Shown here: positions 34,904-48,234 of the stretch, one piece after another
How the letters are laid out: the number at the start of each line of letters is the position of its first letter
Position numbering within the stretch: the stretch's first letter is position 1
Source: Squalus acanthias
Lineage: Eukaryota
Direction: 5' to 3'
DNA: 64,000 nucleotides
Assembly: GCA_030390025.1 (NCBI GenBank)
Contig: CM059432.1
Location: 66,466,001 to 66,530,000 of the forward strand
Translations under genes and position numbers: made by a program
The notes under the pieces: generated by a model
What the model saw: only the letters and a program-made list of their open reading frames with translations
Told to the model about the DNA's origin: nothing
The model's database searches: none

Positions 34904-37232
34904 AACGTGTAACATCGTCTGCACTACATTGCAGGCATTATAAAATACACACGATACTGCATGGAACGCACAACTGTGATGTGTTAGCAAATGACATGTG
35001 AGCCTAATACGCATTATAACACGGTGTCAGAACAAAAACTTTGGTCGCGATTTTGCCGGCGCTCAGAGGGCAGGTTCGGAGGCGGGTCCGCTGTCAAAAT
35101 CAAAATGATTGACAATGGGTTGGGAACCCGCACCGAACCCGCTTCCATGTAAGTTTCCAAAGTGTCGGGTCTGCAATTTCAGAACAGATCTGACACCAAG
35201 CGACGGGGGAGGCATTTAAGATAGTTAAATGCTTGTTAAGTGCTTGTTAACTACTATTTTGGCAGCCTATTTCTATTTTACCACATTTTTAATGGGGTTC
35301 ACGTAGTTTGGAGATCATGTCAGGTAAGTATGTCGGGAGGTTAATCGAGCTGAATAGTTCACAACTGCAACTGCAGTACAAAATCTAACCTTTCACATCT
35401 GTTCAGTTTCCAATGTCAGAAGTTGCTGATTTCAGGATTTGGAAGACACATTTGATCTTTATTGAGGCTGTAAGTGTGTGGTGTAAACCCTATATCCACT
35501 GTCACCTCCTTGGAATAACCTCTCTCCCCATTGACTGATTGCTTCTAACATCTCATCCTCACCTGCCATATATAACAGCAGAATGGGAATGATTTATACT
35601 CTCTCACCCTGGTCCTCAGAATCTGACCACGATCAGCCGCAGCAGCAGCAGAACCAGGCACACCAGCAGCACCAACAACAAGAGCACAGGGCAGAGGGAA
35701 TCAATGCAGGGCTGCACCGTGCCGCTGGAGATACCCCCAACACAGGGTTTACTGGCCGAGGATGAGCTTCCTCAACCTGACTGAGCAGCTGTAGGCTTCG
35801 CAAAATCCCCCAGAAACTTGTATAGAACCCTAAAGGGGGTGATGAAGGAATTTGAGGTCAAGGCCTCAGTTTTGAAGATATTTTGAAAGGAATCAAGGAA
35901 GAAATTACAGAACCTGAGGAAAATGACTTTTGGATGATAAAGATACCTTTTTAAAAGGGCCATTGGGAAAACCTGCAATCACAGAAACACAGGCTGTGGG
36001 AAAGGGTGTGGTGAGGCAGTGGACAGCTTTTGGTTATTGGGACCAAGCCAAGCTGTCTGGGAGATGTTTGCACTGTAATCCAACCAAGGAGGAAGAGCCT
36101 CATCCAAAACCTCACAAACACATCCAAAAATGAATAAACTAAGACCCCTTTTGAAATTCCCAGGTCCAGACAGAATGCTGGAAGTCTGAAAACAATTCCT
36201 AACAATAAAACTTCCAGTACACAGCTTCATAGCCCATCATCCCATCAAAACCCGATTAGCCAAGTATCTACAGGAACAGTTTAACAAGCCCGCCAAAAAC
36301 CTAAGACAAAAGGAGCGAGATTTGGCGCGTAGATAAAGGCCCTGTCTAAATGGAAGACATCGGAAGCCATCAGGACAAGTTAACACAAAGTTAAAGTCAT
36401 CAGATTTAACGAGCCCGCCAAAACCTAAGACAATAGAATAAACAGGCCTCAACTGAAACCCAAATCACTTCAACGAGAAACTGATTTAGTAAAGCAGTTC
36501 TGGCGCGAAAAACACAATAGGCCTGAACAGTATAATTGAGGGCCGAATCCCCCAAGAAAGTAAGTTACTCGCAGTTCAACACACAGCCACACGACATGAG
36601 CAGGAGGAGAGACAAGCAGCTAGGCCACGAGGCAGGCAGACCCGAGGCGAGATCGGAGGCAGGGACAGACAAGGCAAGGGCTAGAACTGAGACCACGAGC
36701 TGGGAGCAAGTCGGCATTGCTCAACATACGGTCCAGCTCTAGCAGAAACTAGCAAAGGTCACTGGAAGCTGGGAGCGAGTCAGCATCGCTCAACACACGG
36801 TCCAGCTCTAGGAGGTGCCGCCCTGACAGGCCTCCAACGCAACGAACCAACAACAAGAGCCGCCAAGGGCTCCACGAGGTAAACCGACACTTGAAAGTAC
36901 CGCGGAAACCAAGGCCCCGCGCAGCAACCAACCACCAGGCGACACCGAAAGACCAACACCAGGAAAACCCGAAGACACGCAAGTTTCCACGCTACAAACT
37001 ATTCCTGACTTACCCCTGGGTAAGATTTTCCCTTAAAAAACTCTAAACCCTACCTCTAAGGAAGAAAAATCGGGTACTCACCTGATAGAATCCAATACGC
37101 ACCTTACCGCATCTGCGGACAGACCCAAACTGACCTGGAGTGCAGCTGGAGTCTTCTACCACGTCCGGGGTACGGCAGGCCCCAACAACCAAAAACCTCA
37201 GTGAACCCCGAAATCGCGAAATACCTCAACTG

Positions 37233-39947
37233 TGTAAGGGGTGACCTGCGGCTCTGTGCTTAGCCTGGGTGCTAGTGCGGGGTTAGACCTTGTTGCCTGT
37301 TCTGGTCTCCAGCCAGCCTGGTAACACTAGACACCTGTGAGTGGTTCGACCCACTCGCCCTTACGGTTCTGACACTGGACTTAGGTGCGAAAGCAATAAT
37401 GCAGAGAAAGACTCAAGTAGACCCGGTTGAATAGTGTGAAATGGAAAATCTTTATTGCATATTATTCAAGATTACGAGATACATGTCATAAGCACAGATT
37501 AATGACAGTACAATCTTACACACCGTTATGAAACTACTTTTAAGGAAACGAGGAGCGCATGACACATCGTAAAAGGGGACACACATTATAATTATCCTTA
37601 AAACTTAAACCCTCCCCTATCAATACCTGTCCTAATCTAGATTTGTAGGATCGAGACTCATGCTCACCACTCGTGATAACTCGGAGAATTCCGAAACTCT
37701 GCTCGGATGTTTTTACCGCAGCACCTGACTATCCACGTGTTGATCAGGGGTCTCTGTACCCCACTTGTTTACTCGTTTCTGCTCCGGCTAGCAGGCTGGA
37801 CCATCTGCTGTCATGAAGATCTGTGTTGTCCTCGGAGTTCCGATACTACTCAAAAAAGAGTCTTCCTGTGCCCTCACACCGGTTCGATAAAGCTCAAAGA
37901 AGGGTCTTCCTAGGCAAGGAAGTGTTTATTCGACTTACAGGCGCGGTCGGGGCTTACTGACCGTGGCGATGCGTATTGTCGTCTTCTTCTCTTCTCATCT
38001 CATCTCATCTCATCTCCTCTCGGGCCTTCGGTTCCAACACCGTTTACCGACTTCTCGGATGGTGCGCCCGTTTCAAGGCCTCACAGCCCAGTTCTCCACA
38101 GATCTTCGCGGCAAGCCACAAGGTTGATCCTAGCGGATCAGAGTCCAGAGCCGTCAGGCAAGAGAATAAAAGTTCAGCAGCCTTCCAGCGAGTCAAAGCA
38201 GCAAGCGCAAAAGGAAGAAGAGAGCGATGGACAGTTGTACCTCACAGTTATAGTGCTGTAATTCCTCTTTTCCCGCCCAATCTTAATGTCTATCTTTTGT
38301 CAGGGTTTTGGCGCTCAAACTTCTTGTATAGGGTGATCTCAGTCTTTAATGGGTTTCGGTGATACTTGTAACTGTCTGAGTACCCGTTAATATTTCTCCC
38401 ATTGTGGAACCGGCTAGTAGTCTCCCTGGAGGGGTTTTGGGGCTTCCAAATGCTTACTGTAAGTACCCGCAAACGGCTCTCTCATCGTAGAGTCGTGGGG
38501 ATTTTGCATATTAATGTCTTTGGATGGGTCCTTGATTGCTCAGTACAATAGCCCTTATTTGCACCCAGGAGACCGATTCCAGTATTCATGTTTAAAATGC
38601 AAACCCATCATGTCTTGTCATTTATCTCAAATGTGCTGAGTCCTGTACGATCTTGCACAAATGTTTATTGGAACATAAGAACATAAGAACATAAGAAATA
38701 GGAGCAGGAGTAGGCCAATCGGCCCCTCGAGCCTGCTCCGCCATTCAATAAGATCATGGCTGATCTGATCCTAACCACCAATCTACTATCTATCACAGAA
38801 CCATCTCCTGCATCTAACAGAATTGCACACACGAAATAGGAGCAGAATCAGGCTACACAGTCCCTGGGCCCGCTCCACTACCCACAGGGCCATGACCGAT
38901 CCGAACCTAGACTCATGTCCAAATTCCTGCCCGCTCCCCGTAACCCTTAATGCCCTTTACTTCTAGGAAACTGTCTATTTCTGTTTTAAATTTAATTAAT
39001 GTTGTAGCTTCTACAGCTTTTTGTGGCAGCATATTCCATGGACCTACCACCCTCTGAGTGAAGTAGTTCCTCCTCATCTCAGTTTTGAAAGAGCAGCCCC
39101 TTATTCTAAGACTATGTCCCCTAGTTCTCGTCTCACCCGTCATCGGGAACATCCTCCCCGCATCCACCCGATCCAACCCCTTCACAATCTTATATGTTTC
39201 AATAAGATCGCCTCTCATTCTTCTGAACTCCAATGAGTAGAGTCCCAATCTACCCAACCTCTCCTCATATGACCACCCCCTCATCCCCGGGATTAACCGA
39301 ATGAACCTTTTTTGCACTGCCTCGAGAGCAAGGATGTCTTTCCTTAAGTAAGGACACCAAAACTGTATGCAGTATTCCAGGTGCGGTCTCACCAATACCT
39401 TGTACAACTGAAGCAATACCTCCCTATTTTTATATTCTATCCCCCTAGCAATGAAAGCCAACATTCCATTTGCCTTCTTAATCACTTGCTGCACCTGCAT
39501 ACTAACCTTTTGAGTTTCGTGCACCAGGACCCCCAGATCCCTTTGCACTTCAGTACTCTCCAGTTTCTTGCCATTAAGATAATAAATTGCTCTAGGATTT
39601 TTCCTGCCAAAGTGCATCACCTCACACTTTCCAGTGTTGTATTCCATCTGCCAAATCTCTGCCCACTTACTTAGCCTGTCTATGTCCCCTTGCAGGTTTT
39701 TTATGTCCTCCTCATTCACTACTTTCCCTCCCATCTTTGTATCATCTGCAAATTTTGATATGTTACACCATCTTGTCTGCCCACTGAAAGTCTAGAACTT
39801 TCTGCCACGAGGTGTGGCGGCCATTTTGCAGGCTGTTTGTGTCCGTTTTGAAACCTGACAGCATTCTGCTGAAATAAAAGCTGTTTATACGAAACTTTAT
39901 GTCTCCTTCTTATTTTATAAAATCGCGATAATTTTGCGAATTCTACA
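37233..39947 (-). mobile_element. Solo LTR, family A, nested in LTR-B
   Basis: Inverted homologue of 16883-18519; TSD ACTG (37229-37232 / 39948-39951). Confidence 0.9.
38675..39764 (-). mobile_element. 5'-truncated CR1 nested in LTR-A
   Basis: Open ORF2 C-terminus 38913-39734 (LVRPHLEYCIQFW); (ATAAGAAC)n tail. Confidence 0.95.
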
Positions 39948-41559
39948 ACTGTCAAGAACTGTCAATTGGTGAGCATTATTGCTGATCCTCTGGAATTAAA
40001 CCTAGCTAGGCAGTGGGATTGGGAGGGATAAGGGTTTTTGTATATTGTAATTCTCCCTCGCCTGTACCGTGTGTTCGCCAACCTGTGTTTAAGCATTAAG
40101 TGTGTTTTAAGTTTCTTACCTTTTTCTTTAATAAAAGTCAAAACTCTTTCATCAAAACCTGTTGTCTACTGCATCTTTGTTCACAACCCCCAAATAAGTC
40201 CCAGGTCTAGAACCAGGGGCATGGGAGCGATTCGAACCGCTCACTGAGTCAGAGGTGAAGTTGACCCTACCATACCACCCCCTACACAGCAGTGCCAAAG
40301 GAGGCTGAGACTTTTGCGACAGGTAGTTGCAGGCATTTGCACAATGCTCGATCAAGACCTGCAGCCCAGAGGAATGGGTGGACACGCCTTACCAGTGGCT
40401 GTCAAAGTCACCACCACCCTCAACTTCTTTGCGTCAGGCTCCTTCCAGCAGACATTAGCAGCATCTCTCAGTCGGCCGCCCACAGATGGATCACGCAGGT
40501 CACCGATGCCCTCTTTGACAAGTCTGCCAATTACATCCACTTTTCCACTGATGAAGCCAGTGTTACCGAGCGGGCGCTCGGCTTTGTTAATCTGGCTGGC
40601 TTCCCACGGGTGCAGGGCTTCATCGACTGCACACATGTGGCCATCAGGGTACCCCATCAGAACGCAGCAGTATTTGTCAACCACAAGGGCTTCCACTCCC
40701 TTAACAGTAGCTGGTCTGCAACCATAGGAAGAGCATCATGCGTGTGTGCGTGAGATTCCCTGGCAGCTGCCATGACTCTTACATCCTGCGCCAGTCCACT
40801 GTCCCTCAGCTCTTCGCACCGCCAAACGAACTTTCCGGCTGGCTCCTTGGAGACAAGGGCTAACCCCTGAAGACGTGGCTAATGACACCGTTGAGGAGGC
40901 CATCAAACGAGTCTGAAGAGCATTATAACCAAAGCCACATTTCCACCAGAAGTCTCATAGAGCAAACAATAGGGTTGCTCAAAATGCACTTCAGTTGCCT
41001 GGACAGATCTGGTGGAGACCTTCAGTAAACACCAGCCAGGGTCTCGAGAATCATCGTTGTCTGTTGTGCTCTGCACAACATAGCACTGCAGCGAGGATTA
41101 GCGCTGCAAGAGGCACAAAGTGCAGAGCGCACAGCCTCTTCAGAGGAGGAGGAGGAGCAGAATGAGGTTCAGCATGAGGAAGACCTGCAGGAGGCAGCTG
41201 ACGCAATGCGACCAGCATGCGAGCACATTGCTGCCCGTGACGCCAGGGATGGCTTAATCAATGTCAGATTCACCTAACTTTATGCAGCACAGGCTGCCGC
41301 ATTTGCATGAAGGTTGGCATCACACCACTTCAACACCATAGAGCATCTCTACAATGAACTGTTCATTCCTTGCACTGTCACCACTATTGCTGGACATAAA
41401 AGGCACCCTTACCCTTCACTCTGCCACTTGCAATTGCGAGCACACATATGGAAATGAATGCAAACACTCAGAAAAAAATAATTTATTACAACAAAGTAAA
41501 AGAACAGAAACTTAACATTCATTTATAGCAAATCACCCAAGTGACTACCCTTGTGACTA

Positions 41560-43256
41560 TTTATGTGGGATCTTTCTTTTATGCGTGCTTCTACGTAGTG
41601 CTACCTCTGTGGCTTCAGCAGATGTAGAGGCAGCCTGCTCACTTCCCTGCTGCGCCTGCTTAGACGCTTTTGGCAGTTGTCCTCTGGGTTTTGGAGTTTG
41701 TGAGGGCCCCGCCAAAGTCTGCTCCTCCTGCAGACTGTCCAGGGAGGCATCTGGGGCTCTGACCGAGGGGTTGGCAAGGGGGTGGAAGTTTGAGCACTCG
41801 GAGAGGAGCCCCCACTTCCATGTCCCACAGATGATTATCTTTTTAGATTAACTCCTGAGTCTGGCGATTTATGTCCTCCATGAAGGTGGCCATCCTTTCC
41901 ATAGCGGCACCTACATTTGCCATTGCGTGCACCAAGGCAGTGTGTTTGTGAAGGACTCCTCCATTCTCTGCACACTCGCAGTCACCGTGGTTGCAAACCC
42001 TGTCAGAGCCTCCTGAACTTGTTCCTAAAGCTCCAGAATTGCCCTCTTCCTGGATGGCCCCCGAGGCTCAGTGTCTGCATGCAGCTCAGCAGAGCTAGGA
42101 GACTCCTGCGGCCTCCAACGAGGAGTCTCCACTGCTGTCCCTGTCTCCAGCATCTGATCTTGCTCACTTGTGAGCTGTGATACACCAGGTGACAACACTA
42201 CTCTATCCCGCATAGGACCCACCAAGGTGTGCGTCTCTGCGCTGGTGCTGGGTGCACTCATTTCTGCTGATGCTGCACCCTCAGAGGCTGGAGGATCCTC
42301 TGAGGAGTGCTCCTGCTCTTCCTCCTGGACAGTGGGGGGCCGGGCTCTTGATGGTGCTGTGAGAGAGTAAAGACATGAGTTAGACATGCGATATGTAGAT
42401 TGCAGACACATCCCATTATGCACATGATGAGCATTCAATTTCTCTTGACATCAGACCCCATATGAGTCACTCATGAATGCCAAATAAAATGTATGGAAAA
42501 TAATTCTGTCACTAGGTTGTTCTACTGAGCCCCTCTCTCCGTCCCCCACTTCAGGCTGGTCAACGACTCCTGTTATGTCCAGAGCTGCCTCCTCAGCGTT
42601 GGTGAGCACAGCCAATGACGATGGTCCTCCTCCTGTTGTCTCCCTCCCCCTCTTATTGTGGGCTCTCTTTTTCTGCAATGAGGGAAACAAGAAAAGTTTG
42701 AGTGAGAGTGATGGAATGAGTGTAAAGAATGGATGGGATAGAGGTTTAGAGGGAGACTATGATGGAGTGGGGTGCCAATACCAAGTTGCCTCCTTTTGAG
42801 TTGTTAGTTGTTTTGGTTGCATAATGATGAGGGTGAGTGTGAGGGGTGCATAGTAAGATGGGGATGTGATTTTGTACATAGGGAGAGAGGAATGGGTGAT
42901 AGTGCAAGGGATGTTGGGGTGAGTAAGGATGTGCAGGAGTAGAGTTGGCAATGCAGAGTGATGGGGATGTGATGACAGGCACAGCAGAATGAAGGTAGGT
43001 GTGCTTTTATACTCACTTTTCCTGAACGCAGAAGATCATTAAACCTCTTCCTACATTGCACCCAGGTGCGAACAACCACAGACCTTGCATTGACCTCCTC
43101 AGCTATTTGCAGTCAGGCTGCCCTTGTCTGATGATGAGGTCTCCTCCTTCCATTCCCAGGGAATAGAACCTCCCTGCATCCTCTGACTCCCTCCACAAGA
43201 ACATGGAGGGAGTCATTGTTGAATCGTGGTGCAGCCCTTTGTCTCTCTGCAGTCAT
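41560..43256 (-). pseudogene. Harbinger Myb/SANT-like gene, 3 exons
   Basis: MTAERQRAAPRFNNDSLHVL...RTWVQCRKRFNDLLRSGK then GT; exon 2 KKRAHNKRGRETTGGGP. Confidence 0.87.
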
Positions 43257-45084
43257 TTTTCCCACAAGCAGCACTCAGGAGCATGAAATCACAAGTGAGA
43301 GCAAATGGGGACATGGCCCCTTTAAATATACCGGCAAGAAACACGTCATCAGATGATGTCATCAGACCCGCACCTTGTAATCGGGCCGTGTAACACGCAC
43401 GGCAGGCTTAACAAGCCCAATTAACGTAAAATTGGTTTCACAGAGCGGCTGGAGCTGGGAGTGGGACCGGGACCCATCAACTACCTCTCCCGCTGTGAAC
43501 CCGCCTCCGCTGGCAAAATCTAGCCCTTTAATTCAGATTGGTGAAACCACGGGGTAGATTTTCATCTATAGCACTTGGACGGAGCACAGTGAGAACATCA
43601 GGTGAGGTGGATCACATGCTTGTGATGGAGCCTGCCTGATTTTCCTTCCACTAATTTAAATTGGGCAGGCTGTAGTGGGCGAGCCAGCTTCCCCACTTCA
43701 TTTTCCTCAATGCAATCAACAGAGCAATTTCTGCAAATTTCAGTTGTACATTGCGATTCTTTTTGTCACCATTTTAATTAAATTGCTTTATAAATGAAAC
43801 AAGCAGATTTTATTTACCCCTGCCAGTAGATACAGACCACTGGAATGAAATCACCTTGGCGATGTTAGTAATTCGTTAATGCATTCTTATGAAATGCCTT
43901 TGTTCGCTATTTTAAATACTGTACAGAAGTGTTAGTACTGTGTTTGTTACTAGTACTGTATCGTGCAATTTTAGCCCATATAGAGGTTCTCAGTGGTTCT
44001 TGTTTTGCCTGAGATGTACTGCAGGTGTAGCTGTTGCACAGTCTGTGCATTTCCTGTTGCAGAGTTTTGGCATTCATGTATTTTCTTTATTCTCCATCGA
44101 TCTCAGTAAACATGTTTTGCATTCCATAGGACATGTGCATTTTTATAACACACATGTGATGGCTGTTCCCCAGGTTAAAATTTAGTGACAAATAAATTAC
44201 TGATTTCTCTGTCCACTATTTTTTTTAAAGCAAACAAAGCAATTTAGTGTATGTCACTAACACATTAGCTCTCAGTGCACATCTAAAGAGTGCATGGGGT
44301 AGATTTTGACTTTGTGTCATAGAGTAAAAATGGGTGATAGCGAATCGGCAGTCCGTTTTACATCTCTCATGATTTTTGTTTCCATTGACTGCAAAGATTC
44401 ACCAAGTTTTCAACTGGTTTAACGTGCTCTAAATTGTATTATGGGGAGCAAGCAAGTCTTCCATTTACCCCCTACATCCTGGGCGGTGTCTGGGGGAATA
44501 TCTAAGCTACCCTGGCAATTCCACCAAATGCACTGCCATTCGGCCCAACTGAACACTTGCCTGTTGAGAGCTGGCACAAGTTCTGCTGTGGGCCGAGTAA
44601 ATGCCGTAGGACTGCACTAGGGAAAGGTAATCAATCATAGCGGGGATCAATTACCTCTCCAAAAATGGCCATATGCAATCTGAGGAGTATTTTACAAATT
44701 TGAATGCTGTTCCTCATCATTCTTTCCTGGTCTCGAAGCAGCAAGGCATCACTCCGATTTTCTTCCTAGCAGACGAGACAGATGCCTCCAAAACACCCTT
44801 ACAGGTGCAGGCCACCCACCCTTATTATGTTAATATCCCTGTAATTTAGGACCATGGGCAGCTGCATGTTCCACTCTACTGCACTTCACCTGCTGGTTCA
44901 GGCTTTGTTTCGGGGCCCAAGTTTCAAAGCTGTCACACTACATTACAACAATTGCCAAGATAAATACCAATGGGACATGATCTATAAGTCCTGAGATACC
45001 TCAATTTGATGCTGCCAGCAAGGAGTAGCGCTTGTAATGAATGCTGGACTGGAAATCACGAGCCCAGAGCTCCTGTTTTACCAT

Positions 45085-45607
45085 AGCAAAATACTGCGAA
45101 TGATGGAATATGAAATAAAAACAGAAAATGCTGGAAATACTCAGCAGGTCAGGCAGAGTTAATGTTTCAGGTTGATGACCTTTCATCAGACCTGGAAAAA
45201 GTTAGAGATATAGCAGGTTTTTAGCAAGTACAGAGGCAGGGAAAGGGGGGAGGGGAGGAAAGAACACAAGGGAAGGTCTGTGATCGAGTGGAAGGCAGGA
45301 GAGATTAAATGACAAAAGGGATGATGGTGCAAGGCAAAAGGAGATGGTAATGGGACAAGTAAAGAAACAAAGGATGGGTATAGAGGAGGTGTAAATGGGA
45401 ATAGCAGAATCATCAGCAACAACTACTATCTGAAAAGATTGGGGCAGAGGTTACGGTCTGAAATTGTTGAACTCAGTGTTGAGTCTGGAAGGCTGTAAAG
45501 TGCCTAATGGAAAGATGAGGTGCTGTTCCTCGAGTTTACATTGAGCTTCATTGGAACAGTGTAGGAGGCCGAGGGCAGAGAGATCAGAGTGGGAGTGGGG
45601 CAGAGAT
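45085..45607 (-). mobile_element. Penelope-like element 3' fragment with degenerate hammerhead (45157-45193)
   Basis: Homologous to 55990-56543; minus strand CTGATGA-AAGGTCATCAACCT-GAAACATT. Confidence 0.85.
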
Positions 45608-45619
45608 TAGGTTGGTTAA

Positions 45620-45920
45620 TAAATTGTTTGTCTTCACAAAGACAGTAGGTAGTTATTAATGGCAGCAGCTTTGCACAAAGCTGGTCTCTAGTGGAGTCCC
45701 ACAAGGATCGGTGTTAGGACCACTGCTCTTCAATTGCTTTATTAGCGATATGGATGAAGACATCGGAGGAATGATCGCAAGTTTGTGGATGACAACCATG
45801 TGAAGATGCAAGGAGCTTTGATGAAAAATACAGTTTCAGGCAGATCGAAGCACATTGAGGAAATAGGCCCCCATGTTTGGCAGATGTCTTTTAATACAGA
45901 AAAGTGCAGCATGATGCACT
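45620..45920 (+). mobile_element. Old CR1 RT fragment
   Basis: [14 protein letters not shown]...KFVDD. Confidence 0.75.
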
Positions 45921-46759
45921 CCCTCAGCACTACAACGAAGTATCGGTCAAGATCAGTGCTGTCCAATAAGTCAGCCATTAGCCACAAGAGGCAGATTGGG
46001 AATCCAGATGTGGATGATTGTATTTCTGATTGTTCAATAAAATGATTGTAATGGACACCACCACTGAGTATATGATCTCAATACTCATTCACACGATGTG
46101 CGCATGTGTACGTTATCCTTTTGTGCATTCGTTGGTAAAATGGTGAAACAAAAAGCAGAGTGCGTGAGTGCTTTACTTCCTTGTTTACTGAATGGTGGTA
46201 GATGTTTATTAAGTAAATATACACACGTGAAGTATATTTATCTGTATTGTGCGAGTTTTCCACTAAAAGTAATGGATGTGGCTAAAATGGCATTGCCATA
46301 GCCACATTGCGACTAGTCTGCAATTTCTATTGGACAACACAGGCCTAGCATATGGGCTCAAGTACCAGGAATAAGGTTGAACAGACGACCTTCTGACTCA
46401 GAGGCAAGAGTGACACCAACCAAGTTTAAGCAGGAAACTATGCGAGCCCGTCTACTGACTATCAGATGATTGCGTGAGGATCAGGTACACTGAGAATGAG
46501 TTTGTGCCCGATTTGTGGCCTTCACACTAACTGTTCACAGTCAATGATTTACACTTCTGTCAAACAATTTCCAGAACCTTTTAGTTACACAATAATATAC
46601 AGTCACCAAAGGTGTCAAAAGGAGAGGAAGGGCACCACAAAATAATGATGCACAAAAAGGAAGTAAAATATTACCATTACGTGGAAGACACATCTGAACT
46701 GCTGGTCTATGGAAAACTTGGTTTGCTTGCAGTTGGTGGCAGAGCCATTTATTTTCTGT

Positions 46760-47125
46760 CATAAGAACATAAGAATTAGGAGCTAGAGTACTCCATTCGG
46801 CCCCTCGAGCCTGCTCCACCATTCAATAAGATCATGGCTGAATCTCATACCTCAACTACACCTTCCTGGCCTATCCCCATATCCCTTGATTCCCTTAATA
46901 TCCAAACAAAGTAATGGTGATATTTAACTTCCTTTTTATGCATTATTATTTTCTGGTGCCCTTCCTCTCCTTCTAACACCGATCTCAGCCTTGAATAAAC
47001 TCAACGACTGAACATCCACAGCCCTCTGGAATGGAGAATTCCAAAGATTCACAACCCTCTGAGTGAAGAAATTTCTCCTCATCTCAGTCCTAAAAGGCCG
47101 ACCCCTTATCCTGACACTGTGACCC
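46760..47125 (-). mobile_element. CR1 3' fragment carrying a non-CR1 insert
   Basis: IRGRPFRTEMRRNFFTQRVVNLWNS and ATAAGAAC tail; sister copy at 50296-50523. Confidence 0.88.
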
Positions 47126-48234
47126 CATTGCTTGTGTATATCCTCTATATACTTTTTGCAGAGCCCAGGTAATTGGGAAACTTCCCCCCCCCCACCCCCC
47201 ACTCTAAAAGAAGTTTATTTCTTGGAACTCTCGAGACTGAAGTGGTCTCAGCTCCACCCCCTCCCCCGCTCTCCCCCCGCCCCTCGTGGTCTAGATGGCT
47301 GGGAGCAGTGTTAATGGGTATCAGATTTAAACTGGATGATTTAAGGGAGCTAAAAATCAGGTTAGTTGAACCCAAAATGCAGGTGCATGTAAGCACAACC
47401 GTTGAAGTAGCTTCAAGCATGTCAGACGCACACGGCTTCAGCCCATTGTAAAATCAAGGAGGATGGTGTGTGTGCAAAGCATGTTAAACAAAACCAGGCT
47501 GAGTTAATCACAATAGAATCATAGAATGAGACAGCACAGAAACCATAATGTAACTACAGCCGCGCAACACCAAGAAGTAAATACTTTTACAACACAAGTT
47601 TCTTTTAAAATATAAAAAATTTAATGCAGGATTGAAATGCCACACACTTTTGATCAAAATATTGAGAGGGGAAAGTTAATAAAACTGGAAGGTAGTGAGA
47701 CTTCCCAAGGCTTGTAACTGGGAGCAGACTTTTTTTTATTATTATGAACAACTCGAGATTGTCATTATTTGCTTGTTCCCCTCGAGCTTACTACTCTATT
47801 GATCTACTAGATTTGTAGGACATGCTTCAAGGAAACCCTTCTTCATCAATTTCAGCAATGTTGCTGATGCAAAGCAAAATTGATTACAGGAAGAATTGGA
47901 ATGTACACCATATTCCCGTGGAAAGCCATGGCCGGACAAGAGGAAATGTATAGCACTTGTCCTGGATCCCATTACCTTTTCTGCTTGTCCGATTGATGAG
48001 TTCCTTCTGAAGTGCTAGTGCCGCCAGCCTTGCTGTACCAACTCATCGTTCACCTAGATCAGACCATAAGTCTGCATCATTGCATATTACCAGCAATACT
48101 TACAAACTGTGCACAACTAGAAGCCAATTCAACCAGCTGCAGAGACACACAGCCATAATGCAGTCAGTCATTCAGCTCCTCTGTTAGAATTTCTGTGAAG
48201 TTTCCTAACGCCTTAGTGTGTAAATGCAACTTGT

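Larger units (their letters stand above)
35790..40286 (+). mobile_element. Solo LTR, family B (about 1.78 kb excluding the nested insert)
   Basis: TGTAG...CTACA termini, TSD CAGC, AATAAA at 40130. The transposase sequence resumes exactly after it. Confidence 0.88.
35583..41277 (+). pseudogene. Harbinger transposase (HARBI1-like), interrupted at 35790-40290
   Basis: Poly-Q N-terminus; [74 protein letters not shown]. Confidence 0.92.
35043..43526. mobile_element. Complete Harbinger element (about 4 kb without the nested LTRs), decayed
   Basis: TIRs GGTCGCGATTTTGCCGGCG / CGCTGGCAAAATCTAGCCC (15 of 19 match); TSD TTT; convergent transposase and Myb/SANT genes. Confidence 0.92.

Noticed and set aside
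16883..39947. The two LTR-A copies as ends of one giant element enclosing the provirus
   Set aside because: They are inverted, clearly diverged, and each has its own different target-site flanks.
47760..48170. Cys-containing coding-like stretch, possibly an ancient transposase
   Set aside because: Too degraded to assign by eye; a translated profile search would be needed.
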